A DNA stretch of 64,000 nucleotides from an uncultured Gammaproteobacteria bacterium (GTDB taxonomy: Bacteria > Patescibacteriota > Patescibacteriia > UBA9934), in NCBI GenBank assembly GCA_964613815.1, contig CAZTKG010000002.1:118299-182298 (forward strand). The letters run 5' to 3'. Of this stretch, positions 56,565 through 64,000 are shown in pieces; within the stretch, counting starts at the first letter, position 1; every line of letters starts with the position of its first letter. The notes under the pieces are model-generated. The model saw only the letters and a list, made by a program, of their open reading frames with translations. It was not told the DNA's origin and ran no database searches. The position numbers and the translations under genes are program-made.

Positions 56565-58318
56565 GCTTGAGTGGTAAGAAAAATTTTTCGATCTACAAAG
56601 CCAAACAGGGTGTGGTTGATCAATTTTTGAATTCGGAAGACTCCTTAGATGATCATATTTTAGGTCTTTTAAATGAGCGGAAAGCCAAAACAAAACAATA
56701 CAGTTCGTTCGAAGTCCAACTTGATGACGATGTGCAAGAAAATTGGAGCATCTCCCTCAGTCATAGAGTGCACAGCAGTCATAGTAGCTGGAATACAATT
56801 TTACAAAGTTTAAATCAGGGCATTGATGCATTGTCACGAGATGAGCACGACTTCATTATTAGTGTTTTTAACGGTGAGGCGATTTACTTTGTTTCAGGTG
56901 GTTATGCATATAACGATTTAATCGATTTTGTAGATATCAATTTTCCTTTGGAACTTTTGAAACGAATTGTCGATCCATCTGCTATTAAGGCTGCAAAAAG
57001 TCGGGCGCTCACGGGTCAGTTTTTTGCCAAAGATTTGTACTTTCGTGGGCCGGCTTCAATCGCGGGCGTCGAGGGATTCGGTCAGGTTTGGAAGGAAGTA
57101 CATGCACGTTTGGACGAAGATTTTTTAAACGATCCTGACATTGTTTCGATTTTCGGATCCGTAAAGAAGATCAATGTTACGACAAAAGCAAATTTTCAAA
57201 TAAAGAGAAAAATTGACTTTGCTGGCTTATTGTCATTAATAGAAAAGCTACATCAGTATTTGCAAAGAGTCCTTGATCCTGATGTTAAACATTTATTCTC
57301 GTTCTTGGATGGCGTAGAACTTGTACGCAGTGGTCAGCTGAAAGCGAAACTAGCAAAACACGTTTCAGAAATCTGTTTAGATAACATGGTGAATGATACT
57401 AGATACGATTTTGATGTAAGTCATAGGAATTACGAGAAGTATTTCAGTGCTGATGTTTATGTGCTTATAAAAGATCGTTCCCGCCTACAGGAATTTCAAC
57501 ACGAGCCTACATATAATGAAATCATTGATGTTCTGAATAGCGAAGTTTCTGATTTAGAGGAACTCGGAAAAGTGAACCTAAAATCAGAACATGAGTTAGA
57601 ATATGAGGATACTTCTGGTTCTTTTAACTCACATTTACATGGAGAAATAGAACTAGAAAATCAAAAGTATTTCCTGATTGATGGAGATTATTATCGAGTG
57701 AATACTTCATTTCTGGATTTTGTAAAAAGACAATACGACACACGTATCATCAATGGCTGTTTGAGCGACCAATCTGTATTGTCGTCTCTAACATTAAATT
57801 CCGGATGGCTTGAGGCGGACTATAATGAAGGTTTCGTGAATGATTCTGGTGTCATCGTTGGTGACAGATTCCTTTACAAGAACATCGAGTTATTTGATCT
57901 GCTTGCAGCGAATCACGAAGAGAAAAAGATATATGTTTTCCAGAATAAGATTGGTATTGGAGCTGGTACAAGAGATGCTTGCTCTCAGATTAGAAATGCG
58001 GCCAACATAATTTCTCAAATGCAGGTCGAGAGGGATGATACCTCGGTGAAGGATTTGTTCTCAAAAATTTCCGTTAGTAATGTTAGTTATGCAGGAGTAA
58101 AGATCTCTGAACAAACAGGCATGCTTGGCGAGGATGACTTTGTTAATCTATTTAGAGGCGAGTACGAAATTATATATGTACTTAATTTGTTAAAAACTGA
58201 TATCGATAAGGTTAAGCAAACGGAATCAAATATCGCAAAATTTGAAATCTTGTCTTTGGAAGAGCACCTGAAAACAAAAGGAGCATCTCTCATAATATTA
58301 GCAACGAATTTAGATTGA
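56561..58318 (+). CDS. TIGR04141/DUF6119-like protein inserted in the hsd operon
   Basis: YFLIDGDYYRV, E.DYN, IELFDLL...QNK, CSQ resemble that family as I recall it. Confidence 0.6.
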   Translation: MSLSGKKNFSIYKAKQGVVDQFLNSEDSLDDHILGLLNERKAKTKQYSSFEVQLDDDVQENWSISLSHRVHSSHSSWNTILQSLNQGIDALSRDEHDFIISVFNGEAIYFVSGGYAYNDLIDFVDINFPLELLKRIVDPSAIKAAKSRALTGQFFAKDLYFRGPASIAGVEGFGQVWKEVHARLDEDFLNDPDIVSIFGSVKKINVTTKANFQIKRKIDFAGLLSLIEKLHQYLQRVLDPDVKHLFSFLDGVELVRSGQLKAKLAKHVSEICLDNMVNDTRYDFDVSHRNYEKYFSADVYVLIKDRSRLQEFQHEPTYNEIIDVLNSEVSDLEELGKVNLKSEHELEYEDTSGSFNSHLHGEIELENQKYFLIDGDYYRVNTSFLDFVKRQYDTRIINGCLSDQSVLSSLTLNSGWLEADYNEGFVNDSGVIVGDRFLYKNIELFDLLAANHEEKKIYVFQNKIGIGAGTRDACSQIRNAANIISQMQVERDDTSVKDLFSKISVSNVSYAGVKISEQTGMLGEDDFVNLFRGEYEIIYVLNLLKTDIDKVKQTESNIAKFEILSLEEHLKTKGASLIILATNLD

Positions 58319-58320
58319 TT

Positions 58321-61272
58321 ATGACTACTAACATAAAAGAAATTGGATTTGAGGAGTTTATTGAACAATTCCTCGTTGAGCAAAATGGATACAGATCTCG
58401 TCCAGCAAGTAAATATCTGAAGAATCTCTGCATGGATTGGGAGGCGGTTTTAGAATTTATTGAAAACACTCAATCCGAGAAATTGGATCGCTTGATGGAA
58501 ATCCATGGCGATCAGATCAATGACAAATTGTTTAATAGGTTGGATAAGGAGATTCGTGAGCGCGGGACTTTGGATGTGCTTCGTAACGGTTTTTCAGATC
58601 ATGGGCAAAATATAGATCTCGCATATTTCAAACCAAACTCTGGGATGAATCCTGACAGTCAACGTTTGTATGATGGAAATATCTTGAGTGTCATGCGGCA
58701 GGTGCATTACAGCACACAGAATGAAAACTCTATTGATATCATTTTGTTTTTGAATGGACTACCTATTTTTACAGTTGAGTTGAAAAATCAATTAACGGGA
58801 CAGACTGTAAAGAATGCGATCCAGCAATATCGTGTTGATCGTGATCAAAAAGAACCGCTACTGCAGTTTAAACGCTGTCTTGCTCACTTTGCTGTTGATA
58901 CCGAATTGGTTTATATGACCACGCAATTGCGAGGGCTTAAAACATTCTTCCTGCCATTTAATAAAGGTTATCAAAATGGTGAAGGAAATCCGCCGGTAGA
59001 AAATGGGTACAAAACGTCTTATCTTTGGGAAGATGTGTGGCGGAAGGATAGTGTTTTAGAGTTGGTAAAGAAATTCATCAATATTCAAGTAGAGATAAAG
59101 GAAGATGAGCGTGGTAGACAATACCGTGATGAAAAGCTTATCTTTCCTCGTTACCACCAACGTGACACCGTAAAACGATTGGTGGAAGGCTCACAACAGA
59201 ATGGATCAGGGCAAAATTATTTGATCCAACACAGTGCTGGGAGTGGAAAGAGTAATACAATCGCGTGGACCGCTCATAGGCTTTCCGAGCTTTATGGAGA
59301 TGATAACAAGAAAGTTTTTGACACCATTCTTGTGATCACAGATCGGCGTGTCCTTGATAAACAATTGCGGGATACGATCATTCAGTTTGAACAAGTACAA
59401 GGTGTTGTAAAACCAATAACAGAGAGTTCTTCAGAGTTAAAAGAGGCTCTTGAATCCGGAGAAAAGATCATTATTACAACGTTGCAAAAATTTCCGTTTA
59501 TCATAGATGCGATTGAATCTATTCCAGGGAGGAACTTCGCGGTACTGATTGATGAGGCACATTCTTCTCAGTCAGGTGATCAGGCAGCTCAATTGCGTGA
59601 AGTACTTCAGGTAGACAATTTGGATGACGCCGAGACTCAAGAGGAATCATTTCTTCCAGAAACAAGCGAAGACAAAGTTTTAAAGAAGCTTCGAAGTCGT
59701 AAGGTAAAAACACCGAATATAAGTTTCTTTGCGTTTACAGCTACTCCAAAGCAAAAGACACTCGAATTATTTGGAACAAAAAATCCTTTGGACGGAAAAT
59801 ATTATCCGTTTAGTTTGTATTCCATGAAGCAGGCAGTTGAAGAAGGGTTTATTTTAGATGTGCTGAAAAATTACACAACGTATAAAGCCTTCTTTAATTT
59901 ATTGAAATCAATTGAAGATGATCCTGAGTTTGAGAAAAGTAAGGCACAGAGACTTCTAGTTGGATATGTCGAAAAACACGAACATGCTATCGCAAGAAAG
60001 ACTGAAGTCATGGTAGAACATTTTCGAAATCGCATTGCAAAGCAAATTCATGGAAAGGCAAAATCAATGGTTGTAACAAAGTCACGTTTGCATGCTGTTC
60101 GTTACAAACAGGCTTTTGATAAATACTTGTCGGAGCATAATTACCCATTCAAAACACTGGTTGCATTTTCAGGGACTGTACGTGATGGTGATGAGGAGTA
60201 TACAGAAGCACAGATGAACGGTGTTTCCGATCAGGTTACTGCTGAGGAATTTAAAAAGGATGGTTATAAATTTTTGATTGTTGCGGAAAAGTTTCAGACA
60301 GGTTTCGATCAGCCATTACTCAACGCAATGTATGTGGATAAAAAATTGAGTGGTGTTGGTGCAGTTCAGACATTGGGTAGATTGAATCGATCGCGCTCCG
60401 GTAAGAATGAGGTATTTGTTTTGGACTTTGTAAATGAGATGGAAGAGATTAAGGAAGCTTTCCAGCCCTACCACATCACAACTGTGCTTTCTGAGGGGAC
60501 AGATCCAAACCTGTTACATGACCTAGAGAGAGATCTTTATGCCTACAAACTTTTCACCCAGCATGAGGTGGCTGGATTTGTAAGTGATTTTTTACGTGGT
60601 GCTGGACCTGACAAAATCAATTCGGTACTAGATGTTGTAGTTGATAGGTTTTTGGATGAAGCAACAGAAGTTCAGAATGATTTTAAAAAGAAATGTAAGG
60701 AGTTCGTACGTCGGTATGCATTTGCTTCACAGATCATTCCGTTTGAAAGCACTGAACTGGAAAAATTATTCATGTTCACAAAGTTGCTTTCAAAAAAATT
60801 ACCTAGGTCAAAAGAAGAATTGCCAATTGAGGTTTTGGAGAGTGTTGATATTGAATCATATAAATTACTCGAACAAACAAAAGGGACCATTAAATTGGAT
60901 TCAGAAGATGGTGAACTTGAACCAATGCAGAGTGGCGATACGCAAAAAAAACTTGAAGAAAAGGAATCGCTGTCGACTATTGTAAAAGAAATAAACGACA
61001 GATTTGGGACAGAGTTTACCTCAAAAGATGTTGTAATAATTAATCAGTTGGGTGAGCGACTTGTTGAAGATGCGTCATTGCAGGGATCTATAAAAACAAA
61101 TTCAATTGACACTGCAAAGATAAAATTTGATCAAGTCTTGCAAACAGAGTTGGTGGGTATGTTGAAACAACACATGGACTTCTATAAAAAGCTGGATAAG
61201 AACCCTGAGCTCAAGTCATATTTTGGAGACAGGATGTATAGTCATGTACGTAAAGAGGTTGTCAAAAATTAG
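58321..61272 (+). CDS. hsdR: Type I R-M restriction subunit
   Basis: FLNGLPIFTVELKN, HSAGSGKS, DEAHSSQ, FTATPK, QTGFDQP. Confidence 0.96.
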   Translation: MTTNIKEIGFEEFIEQFLVEQNGYRSRPASKYLKNLCMDWEAVLEFIENTQSEKLDRLMEIHGDQINDKLFNRLDKEIRERGTLDVLRNGFSDHGQNIDLAYFKPNSGMNPDSQRLYDGNILSVMRQVHYSTQNENSIDIILFLNGLPIFTVELKNQLTGQTVKNAIQQYRVDRDQKEPLLQFKRCLAHFAVDTELVYMTTQLRGLKTFFLPFNKGYQNGEGNPPVENGYKTSYLWEDVWRKDSVLELVKKFINIQVEIKEDERGRQYRDEKLIFPRYHQRDTVKRLVEGSQQNGSGQNYLIQHSAGSGKSNTIAWTAHRLSELYGDDNKKVFDTILVITDRRVLDKQLRDTIIQFEQVQGVVKPITESSSELKEALESGEKIIITTLQKFPFIIDAIESIPGRNFAVLIDEAHSSQSGDQAAQLREVLQVDNLDDAETQEESFLPETSEDKVLKKLRSRKVKTPNISFFAFTATPKQKTLELFGTKNPLDGKYYPFSLYSMKQAVEEGFILDVLKNYTTYKAFFNLLKSIEDDPEFEKSKAQRLLVGYVEKHEHAIARKTEVMVEHFRNRIAKQIHGKAKSMVVTKSRLHAVRYKQAFDKYLSEHNYPFKTLVAFSGTVRDGDEEYTEAQMNGVSDQVTAEEFKKDGYKFLIVAEKFQTGFDQPLLNAMYVDKKLSGVGAVQTLGRLNRSRSGKNEVFVLDFVNEMEEIKEAFQPYHITTVLSEGTDPNLLHDLERDLYAYKLFTQHEVAGFVSDFLRGAGPDKINSVLDVVVDRFLDEATEVQNDFKKKCKEFVRRYAFASQIIPFESTELEKLFMFTKLLSKKLPRSKEELPIEVLESVDIESYKLLEQTKGTIKLDSEDGELEPMQSGDTQKKLEEKESLSTIVKEINDRFGTEFTSKDVVIINQLGERLVEDASLQGSIKTNSIDTAKIKFDQVLQTELVGMLKQHMDFYKKLDKNPELKSYFGDRMYSHVRKEVVKN

Positions 61273-61281
61273 CCGCTGTCT

Positions 61282-61956
61282 ATGTTGAAAAGTACCGAAC
61301 ACATCCTCAGGGAAGCATCTGAAAATTTTGCCAAATCCATAGCACAAATACAGGAGCCTTTTAAGAAATTTGAAAGAACCATTGCATCATTTACAGAACC
61401 TATTCGAAAATTTGAGGAGCAAATAAAGCAACAACAAGATGCATTTGCTCAAATGAATAAATTTTTGGCCGCTGTTGATCTACCCAAAATAGTCGCTAGC
61501 GACATATTAGATGCATGGGCTGTTCAAGGCGTAGATATTGATGAATATGTTGAAAACTCTGCTGAGCTTGCAGAAGATTTGAGTTACGATTTTGCTGAAT
61601 CTCTTGAGGAGGTCATTGAAAAGCATTCAAAAGAAACTGGCACCACTCAAATTCGACTTACCTCCAATGGAAGAATGTTTCATATTGATTCCCCTGATAA
61701 GGACCATGAACTATCTGAACAAATGGAAAAATTCTTTCGTGCACTGAAGAAAGGGTTTACTGCAACAGACAAACTTGTCACTGTGAGCGGCTATGCGACT
61801 GAGCGCAGTCTACGAACTGCGGCCAATAAGTTGAATCGTTTAGGTCGCGGAAAATTAGGTTTGAGCGTTCCGATTGCCGTTGGTAAGCGAGGAAAGGGCT
61901 ACAGATTGGGGAGGCGTATTCATGTTCATAGGTTACCAAACAAGCTCGATAGATAG
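61282..61956 (+). CDS. Hypothetical protein, possible C-terminal winged HTH
   Basis: N-terminal coiled coil; SLRTAANKLNR...RGKGYRL. Confidence 0.6.
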   Translation: MLKSTEHILREASENFAKSIAQIQEPFKKFERTIASFTEPIRKFEEQIKQQQDAFAQMNKFLAAVDLPKIVASDILDAWAVQGVDIDEYVENSAELAEDLSYDFAESLEEVIEKHSKETGTTQIRLTSNGRMFHIDSPDKDHELSEQMEKFFRALKKGFTATDKLVTVSGYATERSLRTAANKLNRLGRGKLGLSVPIAVGKRGKGYRLGRRIHVHRLPNKLDR

Positions 61957-61969
61957 ATACAGTGGATAA

Positions 61970-62009
61970 CTAACAAAAAATCACCTAACTTTAGGTGATT
62001 TTTTGTTAG
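61970..62009 (+). terminator. Intrinsic terminator
   Basis: ctaacaaaaaatcacctaa/ttaggtgattttttgttag. Confidence 0.8.
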
Positions 62010-62089
62010 CGAGACTAGATGGGTGCTGTATGTCCGATGTACGAGACTAAATGGGATGATTCCTTTGTAAATCACTTAAAACAAGGAAT

Positions 62090-63361
62090 ATGTCCACAGA
62101 GATTTCAATTCAATACATCAGCATTGATGTTCTTAAATCGGCAGAGTACAACCCTCGTTCTTGGGATGAACATGCGAAAGAGAAACTTAAAGCAAGTATC
62201 AAACAGCACGGATTCTGCGATCCGATTATTGTGAACGGCTCATCAGAACGGAAGAACATTATTATTGGTGGACACTTTCGAACCGAGTGTGCACGCGAGC
62301 TAGGATTCACGGAAGTCCCCGTTGTATACGTCAACCTCACTCTTGAACAAGAAAAGGCGCTCAACCTTCGTCTTAACAGAACGGGTGGAGAATGGAACTT
62401 CGAGATGCTAAAAGAATTCGATATTGGCTTGCTTTTGGATGTCGGATTTGATGATCAAGACCTCTCAAACATCTGGGATGACATCCTACCTATTGAAGAT
62501 GATGACTTTAATGTCGAGGAGACCGTTAACGACACAAGAGAACCCACCACCCAACCTGGCGATCTGTTTCAGCTCGGGAATCACCGTCTTCTCTGTTCAG
62601 ATTCGACAGACATTGAATCAGTAAAACGTCTCGTTGGAAACCAGAGGATCGACATGATCTTCTGCGACCCTCCGTACAACATTGGGTTCAGTTATAAAAA
62701 TGGACTTACAACAAAAGGAAAATACGGAGGCAAGATAGACGATTCAAAAACAGATGAGGATTATCGGAAATTCATTCAATCCACCATGGTCAACGCTCTT
62801 GCAGTGACGAAGTCTGATTCACACGTCTTCTATTGGTGTGATCAGAAATATATCGGACTCATGCAATCTCTGTACGAGGATCTCGGTGTTGTAAACAGAC
62901 GTGTGTGTCTATGGATCAAAAATAATTTCAACATGACGCCACAGGTTGCGTTCAACAAAGCATACGAGCCCTGTGTCTACGGCACGGTCGGTTCACCGTA
63001 TCTCAATCCGGATGTGACGAATTTGCATGAAATTACCAACAAAGAAGTTGCTTCGGGCAATCGGTGCCTTGATGACATTATTGATCTGTTTGACATCTGG
63101 TTAGCGAAACGCGATAGCGCCAATGAGTACCAACACCCTACGCAAAAGCCCTTAACGCTCTGTGAGAAGCCCCTAAGGCGTTGCACAAAACCTGGAGACA
63201 ACGTCCTGGACTTGTTCGGGGGTAGCGGTAGTGTGTTGCTGGCTTGTGAACAGATGAAGCGTCGAGCATTTATATGTGAGTGTGATCCAGTTTTTTGTGA
63301 CGTAATCCTGCGCCGCTTCGAAGAAATGACCGGTATCAAGGCTAAGAAAATAAATGACTAA
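62090..63361 (+). CDS. ParB-N-domain plus N4/N6 DNA methyltransferase (phage-associated type)
   Basis: YNPR, IIGGHFR; DPPYN; HPTQKP; DLFGGSGS. Confidence 0.92.
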   Translation: MSTEISIQYISIDVLKSAEYNPRSWDEHAKEKLKASIKQHGFCDPIIVNGSSERKNIIIGGHFRTECARELGFTEVPVVYVNLTLEQEKALNLRLNRTGGEWNFEMLKEFDIGLLLDVGFDDQDLSNIWDDILPIEDDDFNVEETVNDTREPTTQPGDLFQLGNHRLLCSDSTDIESVKRLVGNQRIDMIFCDPPYNIGFSYKNGLTTKGKYGGKIDDSKTDEDYRKFIQSTMVNALAVTKSDSHVFYWCDQKYIGLMQSLYEDLGVVNRRVCLWIKNNFNMTPQVAFNKAYEPCVYGTVGSPYLNPDVTNLHEITNKEVASGNRCLDDIIDLFDIWLAKRDSANEYQHPTQKPLTLCEKPLRRCTKPGDNVLDLFGGSGSVLLACEQMKRRAFICECDPVFCDVILRRFEEMTGIKAKKIND

Positions 63362-64000
63362 TATGGAAATTCAAACTGGCGACATTATAAAACTTGGGGA
63401 TCACTTACTCCTCTGTGGAAGCGCCGCAGACAAAGTCCAAGTCGAGCGATTGCTTTCTGGTCGTGCTATCAATCTGATCCTTACAGACCCTCCGTACGGT
63501 GTAGCGTACGTTGAAAGCAAAGAAGGGTTCACTCAATCAATAGCTAAACTAAAAGTGATTAAGGGCGATGAAATTCAAACGGAAGCAAACTACAGATCCT
63601 TCACCTGTGCGTGGCTCACGCATGCACAGCCATTCATGGCAAAGAAGAATTCTGTTTACATCTTCAATTCGGACAAGATGATCTTTGCCCTGCGTGAGGG
63701 TATGCAACAGGCTGGGTTCAGATTTACGCAACTACTTATCTGGGCAAAGACTCACGCGGTCATTGGGCGGATGGACTACTTACCTCAGCATGAGCTCATT
63801 GCGTATGGCTGGTATGGAACGCATAAGTTTCATAAGTCTAAAGACAAATCAGTGCTGGTGTATCCCAAACCAAATAAATCAAAATTCCATCCCACGACCA
63901 AACCCATTGGACTCCTTCGGCGCATGATCCTCAATAGCTCAAAGGTTGGTGACACGGTCTACGATCCATTTGGAGGATCTGGGTCAACTCTTCTGGCATG
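63354..64000 (+). CDS. Second N4/N6 DNA methyltransferase (3' partial; absent from the ORF track)
   Basis: MTNMEIQTGDIIKLGDHLLLCG, TDPPYG, HPTTKP, YDPFGGSGSTLLA. Confidence 0.9.
   Translation, partial: MTNMEIQTGDIIKLGDHLLLCGSAADKVQVERLLSGRAINLILTDPPYGVAYVESKEGFTQSIAKLKVIKGDEIQTEANYRSFTCAWLTHAQPFMAKKNSVYIFNSDKMIFALREGMQQAGFRFTQLLIWAKTHAVIGRMDYLPQHELIAYGWYGTHKFHKSKDKSVLVYPKPNKSKFHPTTKPIGLLRRMILNSSKVGDTVYDPFGGSGSTLLA

Larger units (their letters stand above)
50433..64000. mobile_element. Genomic island / prophage-like element (continues past the window)
   Basis: Loss of host G/T skew, lower GC, att-like border, R-M and phage-type MTase cargo; no integrase within the window. Confidence 0.8.

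Overview
Chromosomal window from a Patescibacteria/CPR-type bacterium; the gene set suggests a Parcubacteria/ABY1 lineage such as Uhrbacteria, which is inference. Positions 1-50.4 kb are host backbone with an extreme G/T-rich + strand. They carry xseAB, archaeal-type pyrH, L10 leader-rplJ-rplL, tsaB, tRNA-Gln, ABC transporters, uvrB/A/C, mraZ-rsmH-ftsL, gpmI, nth, recJ, rnhA, pilM-pilin-pilD, ligA, gatCA, lgt, dsbA and udk, plus many REP-like palindromes, several inside coding frames. From about 50.45 kb an AT-richer island begins at a 16-bp tRNA-Asp-like 3' end. It holds a type I R-M locus with an extra gene between hsdS and hsdR, a degenerate Fic protein and two tandem phage-type DNA methyltransferases. 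The most striking unexplained signal is a family of tiny minus-strand units (three after uvrC, a fourth between uvrB and uvrA), each a promoter followed by strictly phased 5-nt xGC-NN repeats and CACCG. In the three after uvrC a terminator follows directly; in the fourth it lies about 220 nt further on. They are candidate repeat-coded small RNAs. Also notable are a tandem array of GC-rich ORFans joined by a conserved ~110-bp intergenic module, an ArfA-like small protein, and two loop-less palindromes with the same core. All calls come from motif recognition by eye; no searches were run.
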